DNA of 64,000 nt. Origin: an uncultured Bacteroidales bacterium (lineage in GTDB: Bacteria > Bacteroidota > Bacteroidia > Bacteroidales > Bacteroidaceae). The position numbers and the translations under genes were made by a program. The stretch lies in NCBI GenBank assembly GCA_937914945.1, contig CALGJF010000009.1:139483-203482 (forward strand). Reading direction: 5' to 3'. The notes under the pieces were generated by a model. That model ran no database searches. It worked only from the letters and a program-made list of their open reading frames with translations, and was not told where the DNA came from. Positions 1-8,940 of this stretch are shown piece by piece (the first letter of the stretch is position 1; every line of letters begins with the position of its first letter).

Positions 1-1
1 C

Positions 2-295
2 GCGCTTTCAAATTTCTGCACAGCAAACAATACCATAGCAATCCTCTCCACAGGAGATATTGTTCGCGATATTTCGCGCACATTCGATATCGCCCCACGC
101 CGTTCGGCAAGTATCATGGATACTACCTCGTGCTTTGTGCAGGGAATAATACCTTATGGAGCTCAGTTGCTCATGGCGGCAGGCTTGGCATCGGTGTCGC
201 CGGTGGCAATAATACCGCATCTTTATTACCCCATGCTCATTGGTATCATGGTGATTCTGTCTATAATATTCCGCATCCCAAGGTGTAAAAATTAA
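2..295 (+). CDS. Na+/H+ antiporter NhaC-family protein, C-terminal fragment (5' end outside window)
   Basis: Frame 2 is open from the window edge to TAA at 293-295. The translation ...GIIPYGAQLLMAAGLASVSPVAIIPHLYYPMLIGIMVILSIIF is membrane-like. The family call is from memory only. Confidence 0.45.
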   Translation, partial: ALSNFCTANNTIAILSTGDIVRDISRTFDIAPRRSASIMDTTSCFVQGIIPYGAQLLMAAGLASVSPVAIIPHLYYPMLIGIMVILSIIFRIPRCKN

Positions 296-371
296 CCATT
301 TGTAACACTTGTGTTCAGGAATAATAGGAGAATGTTTTTTATATTCGCAAACAAAATAAAATATTAAATAT

Positions 372-980
372 ATGTTTTCAGGAATAGTTGAAGAATTTGC
401 AACCGTAACAAAATTGGTTCGCGAGCAGGGCAATCTGCACCTCACTCTCACTTGCTCATTTACAAATGAATTAAAAATAGACCAGAGTGTGTCGCACAAC
501 GGTGTGTGCCTTACCGTGGTAAATATAGATAACGACGAATATACCGTAACAGCCATGAGCGAAACGCTTGAGCGTTCCAATATCGGGTTGTTGGCTGTGG
601 GCGACAAGGTGAACGTAGAGCGCAGCATGATGATGAACGGGCGCCTTGATGGGCACATTGTGCAAGGTCATGTGGATGAAACAGCCGAATGTATAGATAT
701 AAAGGATGCCGATGGCAGCTGGTACTATACCTTCCGTTACAAGCACGACGAGGAGATGGCTGCCAAGGGTTATCTTACGGTAGATAAGGGCTCAGTAACA
801 GTTAATGGTGTGAGCCTCACTGTGTGCGAACCCACCGACGACTCGTTCAAAGTGGCAATAATACCCTATACATACGAACATACCAATTTCCACACAATAA
901 AGGTGGGAACGAAAGTGAATATTGAATTCGATATCATAGGCAAATATATTGCCCGCATGATAAAAAAACAGATGGCATGA
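372..980 (+). CDS. ribE: riboflavin synthase
   Basis: 202 aa. Canonical MFSGIVEE start and the duplicated lumazine-binding repeat pattern (SVSHNGVCLTV / SVTVNGVSLTV). Confidence 0.9.
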   Translation: MFSGIVEEFATVTKLVREQGNLHLTLTCSFTNELKIDQSVSHNGVCLTVVNIDNDEYTVTAMSETLERSNIGLLAVGDKVNVERSMMMNGRLDGHIVQGHVDETAECIDIKDADGSWYYTFRYKHDEEMAAKGYLTVDKGSVTVNGVSLTVCEPTDDSFKVAIIPYTYEHTNFHTIKVGTKVNIEFDIIGKYIARMIKKQMA

Positions 981-1516
981 AAACCTTTTTGGAACTTGCG
1001 CAAGCCCGCCAGAGCGACCGTTCATTTGAGCCCGGCCGCACGATAGAGAGCGAGGTGCTTAATCGCATAGTGGAGGCGGGCAGGCTCGCTCCATCGGCCT
1101 GCAACGGGCAACCATGGCATTTTACCGTAATAACCGACAGCGAATTGCTGCCACAGGTGGGCAAGGCTACGTCGAGTTTGGGAATAAATCGTTTTGTAAA
1201 GGACTCCTCTGCGCTTATACTGATAACCCACGAACCCACAAACATCACATCGCGTTTCGGTTGCGGCATAAAGGATAAGGATTTTCCAATGATGGACCTG
1301 GGAATTGCATCGGCATACATAACCCTTGCTGCCGAAGATGAGGGCGTGGGCAGTTGCATACTTGGCTGGTTCGACGAGAAGAAGATTAAACAGTTGGTTG
1401 GTATTCCCGAAAAGAAACGTCTTATGCTCATAGTAGCATTAGGATATGCCGCCAAGCCCAAGCGTAAAAAGATACGCAAGGAGTGGGGCAAGGTGGTTTC
1501 GTTCGAGAAATATTGA
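977..1516 (+). CDS. nitroreductase family protein
   Basis: 179 aa. The R-S-x-R..F N-terminus and APSACNGQPWHF motif are typical of NAD(P)H-flavin nitroreductases. Its ATG overlaps the ribE stop (ATGA). Confidence 0.8.
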   Translation: MKTFLELAQARQSDRSFEPGRTIESEVLNRIVEAGRLAPSACNGQPWHFTVITDSELLPQVGKATSSLGINRFVKDSSALILITHEPTNITSRFGCGIKDKDFPMMDLGIASAYITLAAEDEGVGSCILGWFDEKKIKQLVGIPEKKRLMLIVALGYAAKPKRKKIRKEWGKVVSFEKY

Positions 1517-1523
1517 TTTTTAT

Positions 1524-2123
1524 ATGGATAACACGCTGCAAATATTGCCATTTACACAAGAGGATATTCCCGCCGCCGTGGAACTCACCATTGCAGCATG
1601 GAGCGATGCGCTTGCCGATTGGGACAAAGAGATTGCCCGTATTGTGTGCGAGTATAGCGTGCGCTACGAATACCAAAATCCTGCTTTGGCATTGAAAATT
1701 GCAGATGGTGCGGGAATAAAGGGCTTTATCTTTGCCTCGGATGCAGGTGGTAATACTGCTGCCGACGAGTGGTATTCCGTTGCCCGCAGAAGTGTTACCG
1801 AAAAAGAGCAAAACGAGATACTCGATATGGTGCTATCCTCGTCGCATGGTAACGAGGATATGGTTGCATGCAAGATGGGAGACGGCGATGTTATGCTCAC
1901 CTTCTTTTTGAGTTCCCAAAAGGGGTGTGGCAAGCAACTATTGGCCGCCATGAGTAAACTGCTCAAATCATGCGGCTATAAAAATATGCTCTTGTGGACC
2001 GATATTACATGCAATCATGGCTATTATCCGCACCACGGCTTTGAACTTGTGGGTGAAAAGGCCTTCTCTAAATATGATAACGAAGAGCCCTTTATAGTGT
2101 ATGTCTATAAGAAAAGGATTTGA
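1524..2123 (+). CDS. GNAT family N-acetyltransferase
   Basis: Acetyl-CoA motif SQKGCGKQLL. I take the ATG at 1524 (MDNTLQIL) because the longer ORF from 1446 overlaps the nitroreductase. Confidence 0.7.
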   Translation: MDNTLQILPFTQEDIPAAVELTIAAWSDALADWDKEIARIVCEYSVRYEYQNPALALKIADGAGIKGFIFASDAGGNTAADEWYSVARRSVTEKEQNEILDMVLSSSHGNEDMVACKMGDGDVMLTFFLSSQKGCGKQLLAAMSKLLKSCGYKNMLLWTDITCNHGYYPHHGFELVGEKAFSKYDNEEPFIVYVYKKRI

Positions 2124-2250
2124 TAACACGCGCGCGGTGCGCTGTTTACACAAGCAGAGGTAATTCCCAAGAACAATCAGGTACTGTAGGGGGCACCCAT
2201 GTGTGTGCCCCAAAAACGCATAGATAGGAAAAGCCTTTATTCCAATTAAA

Positions 2251-2278
2251 AATGGGCTGCTTTTTTCAGCAGCCCATT
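2251..2278 (-). terminator. hairpin terminator after rnpB
   Basis: AATGGGCTGC / GCAGCCCATT 10-bp stem with a T-run on the minus strand. Confidence 0.7.
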
Positions 2279-2283
2279 AAAAT

Positions 2284-2632
2284 TAGCAGTCGGCCTATAA
2301 GCCGGGTTCTGTACCCCATAAGGGTGCTTGTCATTCATCTATACATTGTGTCGCCACAATGTTAAAGCGTTCTACCCTCCGGCTCGGGCGAGCAACCCTC
2401 AAACACCGGTTTACATGAACTTGCAGCCTCCAAGACACACGGCCCGTACATCGCTGCACGGCCGGTGGGCTCTTACCCCACCTTCTCACCCTTACCCTTG
2501 CGGGCGGTTATTTTCTTCTGCGTTACTCCGCCTTCACAGGCAGCTTTCTGTTAGGAAGTGGAGTGCTCTGCGCTGCCCGGACTTTCCTCTCTTGCCTTGC
2601 GGCAACAGCGACAAGCCGGCCGACTGTGTTTT
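2284..2632 (-). ncRNA. rnpB: RNase P RNA (bacterial type A)
   Basis: The minus strand carries GGAAAGTCCGGGC (rc of 2575-2587), GGTAAGAGCCCACC and ACAGAACCCGGCTTATAGGCCGACTG. P1 pairs CAGTCGGCC (5') with GGCCGACTG (3'). A TACCTTTG -7 box lies just upstream and a terminator hairpin downstream. Ends are approximate. Confidence 0.85.
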
Positions 2633-2645
2633 TTGTTTCCTGTTG

Positions 2646-2653
2646 CAAAGGTA
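2646..2653 (-). promoter_or_regulatory. -7 box TACCTTTG for rnpB
   Basis: Matches the Bacteroidota sigma-A -7 consensus TAnnTTTG, about 15 nt upstream of the P1 5' strand. Confidence 0.5.
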
Positions 2654-2849
2654 AGTATTTTTTTTATACTTGGCTTTACGGTATGCTCAATATTTAACAA
2701 AAGTAAAAATAGCTCCTTCCTACATTAAACTATTGTTAAAACCCATTCTCCACTGTTAAATAGAGCCAAAAGATAGTCCAAAATTCTTTTTTCAAGGATT
2801 TTATATCATATATTTGTCTGCGGCAAGAGCAAGACAGCTGCAATATAAA

Positions 2850-2857
2850 TACTTTTG
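2850..2857 (+). promoter_or_regulatory. -7 box TACTTTTG for htrA
   Basis: TAnnTTTG 60 nt upstream of the ATG at 2918. Confidence 0.5.
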
Positions 2858-2917
2858 CGCACTTAGCTCTGTTTGTTAATAGGTTGTAGAAATTTAACAA
2901 AAATCGTATATCAGATT

Positions 2918-4399
2918 ATGAAAAAGGTATTCAAATTCTTGTTTTTGGGCACACTTGTAGTTGCTACAAGCGGATTGGTGGCTGGATATACCACCTATAA
3001 GATATTTGCCAATGGTGGCGAAACCGTTGCTGCAAACGACACAACCCCTGCATCGTTTCTCACACAGGCATCGTTCTCAACGCCGGATGGCTTGCATCGC
3101 GTTGATTTAACCGATGCTGCCGATAAATCGGTACATGCGGTAGTGCATATAAAATCCACACAAAAGAGCAAAACGGCGGTTATACGTCGCGCTCCCGATA
3201 TTTACGACTTCTTCTTTGGCGATGGTATGGGGCGCGAGCAGCGTGTGCAGACACAGCCGCGTGTAGGCTTTGGTTCGGGTGTTATTTTAAGCAACGATGG
3301 GTATATTGTTACAAATAACCATGTTATAGACGGTGCCGATGAGATAACAGTAACATTGAACGATAACCGCACCTACCCGGCACGCCTTGTGGGTACCGAC
3401 GAAAATACCGACCTTGCACTTGTGAAGATTGAGGCCGATGACAGCCTGCCATTCCTCGTAGTAGGCGACAGCGACGATTTGAAAGTGGGTGAGTGGGTGC
3501 TGGCAGTGGGTAACCCCTTTAACCTCACATCTACCGTTACGGCAGGCATTGTAAGCGCAAAGGCACGTTCGCTTGGTGTGTATAACGGTGGTATAGAGTC
3601 CTTTATACAAACCGATGCTGCAATTAACCAAGGTAACAGCGGAGGTGCGCTTGTTAATGCCAAAGGTGAATTGGTGGGAATTAATGCGGTTCTTTCCTCG
3701 CCCACAGGTTCATACGCAGGCTATGGTTTTGCCATTCCCACATCAATAATGACAAAGGTGGTGAGCGACCTCAAAGAATTTGGTACAGTGCAACGTGCGG
3801 TATTGGGCATTGTAGGCGGTACCGTAACGGGTGAACTTGCCGAAAAAGAGGAACTTGGCACTGTGGATGGTGTATATGTATCGGATGTGGCAGAGGATGG
3901 TGCGGCACAGAAAGCCGGCATAGAAAAGGGCGACGTAATCATAGGTTTTAACGACAAAGCCATTAAAACCATGGCCGAATTGCAGGAGGCACTTGCAAAA
4001 ACCGTTCCCGGAACCGAGGCCAAAGTGAAAGTAATGCGTGGCAAGAAGGAAAAAACCTTCAATGTGCTGCTCGTAAATATTCAAGGAGATACAAGTGTGG
4101 TGAAGAATATCGATCTTGATATCCTTGGTGCCGAATTCAAACCACTCGACGATAAGGAGAAACAATTCTTCAAAGTTTCGCATGGCCTCAAAGTAACAAA
4201 AGTGGAAGATGGTCTTTTCGCCAAGCATGGAGTAAAGAAGGGAGTGGTGCTGCAAAAAGTGAACGGTGTGGCAATGCACAAGATAGACGATTTGCAGAAA
4301 GTGGTAAAGCAGGCAAACAGTTCCACGGAGCCGGTACTCTTTATTTCGGGCCTTAATGCTGCGGGCAAACGTGTATTCTACTCGGTTCCATTGCAATAA
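2918..4399 (+). CDS. htrA: Do/HtrA family periplasmic serine endopeptidase with two PDZ domains
   Basis: Catalytic triad motifs TNNHVI, DLALVKI and GNSGGALVN. The signal-anchor start MKKVFKFLFLG is at 2918. Confidence 0.9.
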   Translation: MKKVFKFLFLGTLVVATSGLVAGYTTYKIFANGGETVAANDTTPASFLTQASFSTPDGLHRVDLTDAADKSVHAVVHIKSTQKSKTAVIRRAPDIYDFFFGDGMGREQRVQTQPRVGFGSGVILSNDGYIVTNNHVIDGADEITVTLNDNRTYPARLVGTDENTDLALVKIEADDSLPFLVVGDSDDLKVGEWVLAVGNPFNLTSTVTAGIVSAKARSLGVYNGGIESFIQTDAAINQGNSGGALVNAKGELVGINAVLSSPTGSYAGYGFAIPTSIMTKVVSDLKEFGTVQRAVLGIVGGTVTGELAEKEELGTVDGVYVSDVAEDGAAQKAGIEKGDVIIGFNDKAIKTMAELQEALAKTVPGTEAKVKVMRGKKEKTFNVLLVNIQGDTSVVKNIDLDILGAEFKPLDDKEKQFFKVSHGLKVTKVEDGLFAKHGVKKGVVLQKVNGVAMHKIDDLQKVVKQANSSTEPVLFISGLNAAGKRVFYSVPLQ

Positions 4400-4419
4400 T
4401 ATTTTCAAGGTAAAATATA

Positions 4420-4465
4420 AACAACGAGAAACGGCGTACTGAAAAGTACGCCGTTTCTCGTTGTT
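4420..4465. terminator. hairpin between convergent htrA and flavin reductase genes
   Basis: Perfect 20-bp stem AACAACGAGAAACGGCGTAC / GTACGCCGTTTCTCGTTGTT with a 6-nt loop. Confidence 0.7.
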
Positions 4466-4478
4466 ATGGATATTCACT

Positions 4479-5039
4479 TTACTTCAACGCCTTGCCATCA
4501 GAGAAGGCATTTCCCACTTTCTCGCCCAGCGCAATGTAATGGTTATTGCAGGGGTCGTATGTTATGGGCTGTAATTTTGCCACATCTATTTTCCCATCTT
4601 TGTCGATGATGGATTCGTCTGCCGATACATTTACAATACGGCCAACCATGTGGCAGCTATCGTCGTCGTATGATACAAGCTCGCATTCCAATGTCATTGG
4701 CAGTTCGGCTATGATGGGCGCATTCACGTGCTGCGATTTTATGGCTGTAAAGCCTGCCTTTGCAAACTTGTCGGGCTCCTTGTTGCCTGTAACAATCCCC
4801 ACATAGTCGCAAGCGTTCTTTTGCTTCATGGTGGCCATGCTCACCGTGAATGCTTTGGAGGCAAGGATATTCTTGGTCGTCTTGTGATTCTCCGACAGAC
4901 AAATGCCTATCATATTGTCTGTGTATATGCCGCCCCATGCTGCATTCATTGCGTTGGGGATGCCGTTCTCGTCGTATGCAGCAATAATAAATACCGGCAT
5001 TGGGTAGAGCCAGCTTTTTGTTCCGAAATCTTTTCTCAT
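4479..5039 (-). CDS. flavin reductase family protein (flavoredoxin-like)
   Basis: 186 aa. The PMPVFIIAAYD...NAMNAAWGG pattern is typical of FMN-binding split-barrel flavin reductases. Confidence 0.7.
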   Translation of the reverse strand: MRKDFGTKSWLYPMPVFIIAAYDENGIPNAMNAAWGGIYTDNMIGICLSENHKTTKNILASKAFTVSMATMKQKNACDYVGIVTGNKEPDKFAKAGFTAIKSQHVNAPIIAELPMTLECELVSYDDDSCHMVGRIVNVSADESIIDKDGKIDVAKLQPITYDPCNNHYIALGEKVGNAFSDGKALK

Positions 5040-5120
5040 AATTTTAATTATAAATATAAATACTGATACGAAGATAACAAAAGAAAGTACGCAACTGCTT
5101 ATTGTGCCGTGAAATTTTTG

Positions 5121-5128
5121 TAATTTTG
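5121..5128 (+). promoter_or_regulatory. -7 box TAATTTTG for EamA transporter gene
   Basis: TAnnTTTG 54 nt upstream of the ATG at 5183. Confidence 0.45.
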
Positions 5129-5182
5129 CAATCCTTATTCAATTCCCTTTTTGCACAAGGGAATTAATTGATTGAATTTATC

Positions 5183-6094
5183 ATGAAAAAGAGTGAAAAT
5201 ACAATGGTGGGACACATAGCTTGCTTTGTTGCCTATGTAATATTCGGGTTAAATATCATTGTAACCAAGGATATAATGGTAACGGGGGTTATATCCCCTA
5301 TGGCACTTTTCTGCTTGCGCTCGCTCGGTGCCGGTATTCTTTTTTGGCTGTCATCGCTGTTTGTGCCTGCCGAGAAGATACTCCCAAGCGACTATATTAA
5401 AATATTTGCCGCATCGGTAACCGGTTTCTTCCTGACGCAAATTACATTCCTCGTCGGGATATCCGATATTACACCCATGGATTGCTCAATAATGACTTCA
5501 TTATCGCCCATTTACACAATGTTCATTGCAGCGGTGGTTTTGAAAGAACCGATAACGCTTAAAAAGGCCGGCGGTGTGTTGCTCAGTTTCATGGGAGTGC
5601 TGTTCTTGATATTTAACAGCGTCTCATCGGGCGGTGGTGCAGCCGAAACAAAGCCTATTGGTGTGTTTTTTATGTTTCTCAATGGTTTCTGTTTCTCGAT
5701 ATACCTTGGAGTATTCAAGCCTTTGATAATGCGATATTCGGTGGTAACATTCATGAAGTGGATTTTTCTCTTCTCCTCGCTCATGTCATTGCCGTTTGCG
5801 GGTGGCGAACTTCTGCGTGTAGATTATGATTCGCTACCTATTGACTTTATCGCCGAAATCTCGTATGCCATAGTATTTGCCACTTTCATATCTTACTTCC
5901 TTATTCCCATAGGGCAAAAACATCTGCGCCCCACATTGGTTAGCATGTACTCGTATATGCAGCCGATAGTAGCAACCACCATAAGCATCTGCATTGGCAT
6001 GGACACGTTAGGGTGGAAAAAGGTGCTTGCTGCTGCCACCGTTTTTGCAGGAGTGCTGCTTGTAAACTACAGCCGTGCGGCAAAGCATCAATAA
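5183..6094 (+). CDS. DMT superfamily (EamA-like) transporter
   Basis: About 10 predicted TM helices in two EamA-like halves. ATG at 5183; the track start at 5168 is TTG. Confidence 0.8.
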   Translation: MKKSENTMVGHIACFVAYVIFGLNIIVTKDIMVTGVISPMALFCLRSLGAGILFWLSSLFVPAEKILPSDYIKIFAASVTGFFLTQITFLVGISDITPMDCSIMTSLSPIYTMFIAAVVLKEPITLKKAGGVLLSFMGVLFLIFNSVSSGGGAAETKPIGVFFMFLNGFCFSIYLGVFKPLIMRYSVVTFMKWIFLFSSLMSLPFAGGELLRVDYDSLPIDFIAEISYAIVFATFISYFLIPIGQKHLRPTLVSMYSYMQPIVATTISICIGMDTLGWKKVLAAATVFAGVLLVNYSRAAKHQ

Positions 6095-6152
6095 ATTATT
6101 TTGTTGTTTGTAATAAAATCATTAACTTTACCCAAACAAAACAAATATAACA

Positions 6153-6299
6153 ATGTCTTTATTTAGAGCAATTTTAGCAATCATTTTCCCGCCTTTGGCT
6201 GTTTTGGATAAAGGCTGCGGTTCTGTCCTGATAGTTTTTATTCTTACATTGTGTGGCTGGTTACCGGGCGTTATTGCCGCTTTGGTAATATTAAAGTAG
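6153..6299 (+). CDS. YqaE/Pmp3 family small membrane protein
   Basis: 48-aa ORF below the track cutoff: MSLFRAILAIIFPPLAVLDKGCGSVLIVFILTLCGWLPGVIAALVILK. It fits the UPF0057 pattern (PP.AV...G......LT..GW.PG.I.A). Confidence 0.7.
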   Translation: MSLFRAILAIIFPPLAVLDKGCGSVLIVFILTLCGWLPGVIAALVILK

Positions 6300-6320
6300 A
6301 ATTAATTGACAGATTGATAA

Positions 6321-6896
6321 ATGAGTACCATTCCAAAAGATATATCGGAATATCTATTGTCGTTTGAAAACAGAGTGAACGAAGAGCTTGTTAAACTATG
6401 TTCATCGTATATTAAGATAGACGGAATCCTTCCCTCGTCGCAGGATGTTGAAAAACGATGGGCCGAGCTTGCTCCTGAATATATGTCTGATGCCGTACCG
6501 CTTATAAGCGACTATCCCACGGTTTCCATTGCATGGGCAGGATATGTCGGCATGGCGGTTGCTCACGATTGGGACGATGATTGGAGTATCTACCACGACC
6601 GCCCTTATACGCAATTTTATGGCAGCCGCGGCTTTGACGACCTCGACGAGAATATACTTGTAAATATTCTTCGCCTTCCGCTCGATTCAAAGGAGGCAAC
6701 CGATATAGAGGCCATGATGCGCCGTCTGTCGCAAAAGGCATTGACTATTTTGCGCCACGAAAATATTGAACCGCAAAGCCGTACTGCCTTTTATGCATAT
6801 TCGCGCGTGCTCAATGTAATGTACCGCCTGGGAGCGTCAATGCAGCTGCTACGCATGGGGTATGTGTGCCGAAAGGTAAACCTTCCACTTTGTTGA
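6321..6896 (+). CDS. hypothetical protein
   Basis: 191-aa ORF, 7 nt upstream of the HD-domain gene. I recognise no motif. Confidence 0.5.
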   Translation: MSTIPKDISEYLLSFENRVNEELVKLCSSYIKIDGILPSSQDVEKRWAELAPEYMSDAVPLISDYPTVSIAWAGYVGMAVAHDWDDDWSIYHDRPYTQFYGSRGFDDLDENILVNILRLPLDSKEATDIEAMMRRLSQKALTILRHENIEPQSRTAFYAYSRVLNVMYRLGASMQLLRMGYVCRKVNLPLC

Positions 6897-6903
6897 TTGA
6901 ACC

Positions 6904-7524
6904 ATGGAGAATCTACTGCAAAAAGCGATAAATATAGCCACCGAAGCGCATCGCGGCCAAGTTGACAAAGCCGGTGTGCCATATATAGAACATGCACTGC
7001 GTGTTATGGCGGCTGGTGTTACCGAGGACGAAAAGATTGTGGGGGCATTGCACGATGTGGTTGAAGATACCGCTTGGACCTTTGAGGCGCTTGCTGCCGA
7101 GGGCTTTCCCCGACACATAATAACAGCCCTGCGCCATATAACAAAACGGCCCGGTGAGCCCTATGAAAAATTCATTGCACGCGTAAAAAAGAATCCCTTG
7201 GCCACTGCTGTAAAACTACACGACCTTACCGACAATATGGATATACGCCGCCTGCCGTATCTTTCCGATAAGGATATAAAACGCCTGAAACGCTATTTGA
7301 AGGCATACAAGCGGCTGACAGACGAGCCTGTCTATTCGCAAGAGGCAGCGAAGGCCGAATTCCCCAACGCCTTCAAGCCGTGGGAAGAGGCCGAAGATGC
7401 TGCATTGCGCGATTTTGTGGCCGAGCAACTATCATACGACGACATTGCGGAACACTTTCAGCGCAAGCGCGGTGCAATAATCAGTCGTATAAAGCATCTT
7501 AAATTGGATGGCGATAAAGAGTAG
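6904..7524 (+). CDS. HD-domain (RelA/SpoT-type, small alarmone hydrolase-like) protein with C-terminal Myb/HTH-like extension
   Basis: AHRGQVDKAGVPYIEHALRV and LHDVVEDT match the (p)ppGpp-hydrolase HD motifs. The C-terminal segment is PWEEAEDAALRDFVAEQLSYDDIAEHFQRKRGAIISRIKHL. Confidence 0.7.
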   Translation: MENLLQKAINIATEAHRGQVDKAGVPYIEHALRVMAAGVTEDEKIVGALHDVVEDTAWTFEALAAEGFPRHIITALRHITKRPGEPYEKFIARVKKNPLATAVKLHDLTDNMDIRRLPYLSDKDIKRLKRYLKAYKRLTDEPVYSQEAAKAEFPNAFKPWEEAEDAALRDFVAEQLSYDDIAEHFQRKRGAIISRIKHLKLDGDKE

Positions 7525-7592
7525 GGTGGTTGAAATGTTGAGAATCATGCGCAAAAAGAAGATAAACAATTTGTATTCTTAAAAAGAATATT

Positions 7593-7600
7593 TAACTTTG
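7593..7600 (+). promoter_or_regulatory. -7 box TAACTTTG for galE
   Basis: TAnnTTTG 88 nt upstream of the ATG at 7689. Confidence 0.45.
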
Positions 7601-7688
7601 TCTCGAACCAAGCATTTTATAGAAACTGCAATAACTGACAATAATCAGGTTTAGAATATAAAATCACAACCAATAAAACCAAAATAAA

Positions 7689-8705
7689 ATGAAAATTCTA
7701 TTAACCGGTGGTGCGGGCTTTATCGGAAGCCACACCTTGATCGAGCTCACCGAAGCCGGTCACGAAGCAGTAGTAGTAGACAATCTCGACAATTCCTCTC
7801 CCATTTCGTTGAAACGCGTTGCCAAAATCATTGGTAAGGAGGTTCCCTTCTACAAGGTGGATATACGCGACCGCGAAGGCTTGCAGAAAGTTTTTGACGA
7901 GCACAAATTCGATGCTTGTATTCACTTTGCCGGCCTCAAGGCTGTGGGTGAAAGTTGTGCTAAACCCCTTGAATATTACGAGAACAACATGAACGGTACA
8001 TTCGTGCTTGTTGATGTAATGCGCAAGAATGGTTGCAAGAATATGATATTCTCTTCAAGTGCAACCGTGTATGGCGACCCCGCTATCATCCCCATTACCG
8101 AGGAGTGCCCCAAAGGTCATTGCACCAACCCCTACGGTCAGACAAAATCAATGCTCGAGGAGGTTCTTATGGATATTCAGAAGGCCGACAATGAGTGGAA
8201 CATTGTATTGTTGCGCTATTTTAATCCTATCGGTGCCCACAAGAGTGGTACAATAGGCGAGAATCCCAATGGTATCCCCAACAACCTTATGCCTTACATA
8301 ACCCAGACAGCAGTGGGCAAACGCGCCGAGCTTGGTGTGTTTGGCGACGACTACGATACACACGATGGTACAGGTGTACGCGACTATATCCACGTTGTCG
8401 ATTTGGCTCGCGCACACGTAGCAGCATTGAAGGCTATCGTTGCAAACAAGGGTATTGCCATCTATAATATCGGTACAGGCCATGGCTACTCTGTATTGGA
8501 TGTTGTAAAGGCGTTTGAGAAAGCAAACGGTGTTCCCGTTCCCTATGCAATCAAACCTCGTCGTCCGGGTGATATAGCTACATGCTATTGCAACCCTGCC
8601 AAGGCCGAAGCCGAACTCGGTTGGAAGGCTCAATTCGGTATCGAGGAGATGTGCCGCGATAGTTGGAATTGGCAGAAGAACAATCCCAACGGATTCGAGG
8701 AGTAA
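7689..8705 (+). CDS. galE: UDP-glucose 4-epimerase
   Basis: GGAGFIGSH Rossmann motif and the YGQTK catalytic Y-x3-K. 338 aa. Confidence 0.92.
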   Translation: MKILLTGGAGFIGSHTLIELTEAGHEAVVVDNLDNSSPISLKRVAKIIGKEVPFYKVDIRDREGLQKVFDEHKFDACIHFAGLKAVGESCAKPLEYYENNMNGTFVLVDVMRKNGCKNMIFSSSATVYGDPAIIPITEECPKGHCTNPYGQTKSMLEEVLMDIQKADNEWNIVLLRYFNPIGAHKSGTIGENPNGIPNNLMPYITQTAVGKRAELGVFGDDYDTHDGTGVRDYIHVVDLARAHVAALKAIVANKGIAIYNIGTGHGYSVLDVVKAFEKANGVPVPYAIKPRRPGDIATCYCNPAKAEAELGWKAQFGIEEMCRDSWNWQKNNPNGFEE

Positions 8706-8733
8706 TATTTACAGAAACAGAATCATTTATATT

Positions 8734-8768
8734 AAGGTGAGCGAAGTTGTTTCGCTCACCTTTTTTTA
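8734..8768 (+). terminator. rho-independent terminator after galE
   Basis: AGGTGAGCGA / TCGCTCACCT stem followed by T8. Confidence 0.8.
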
Positions 8769-8840
8769 TATCATGTTACTTGCTGTTTATCTCTATCGGT
8801 CCATTTTCAATTATAAAATTTCATTATCAGATATGACATG

Positions 8841-8860
8841 AATATTTAACAATATTTAAC
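8841..8860 (+). repeat. tandem duplication AATATTTAAC x2
   Basis: Two exact 10-bp units in the LRR gene promoter region. Confidence 0.9.
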
Positions 8861-8865
8861 ATTCC

Positions 8866-8872
8866 GGGGGGG
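8866..8872 (+). repeat. G7 homopolymer tract
   Basis: GGGGGGG ending 19 nt upstream of the -7 box at 8892. Confidence 0.95.
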
Positions 8873-8891
8873 TAAATTCACTATGTTAATA

Positions 8892-8899
8892 TATCTTTG
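8892..8899 (+). promoter_or_regulatory. -7 box TATCTTTG for LRR surface protein gene
   Basis: TAnnTTTG 41 nt upstream of the ATG at 8941. Confidence 0.5.
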
Positions 8900-8940
8900 C
8901 AACTCTTTTATAAAAAGGTATTTACTAAACAAATAACATA

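Noticed and set aside
296-371. Possible FMN riboswitch upstream of ribE
   Set aside because: The spacer is only 76 nt and AT-rich, which is too short for the FMN aptamer, and it lacks the aptamer's conserved GC-rich helices.
2328-2654. 108-aa plus-strand ORF in the GNAT-htrA spacer
   Set aside because: It lies entirely antisense to the RNase P RNA. Its Pro/Arg/Leu-rich translation reflects the GC-rich structured RNA, not a protein.
3743-4477. 244-aa minus-strand ORF
   Set aside because: It is antisense to htrA, which has unambiguous catalytic motifs, and its composition is not protein-like.
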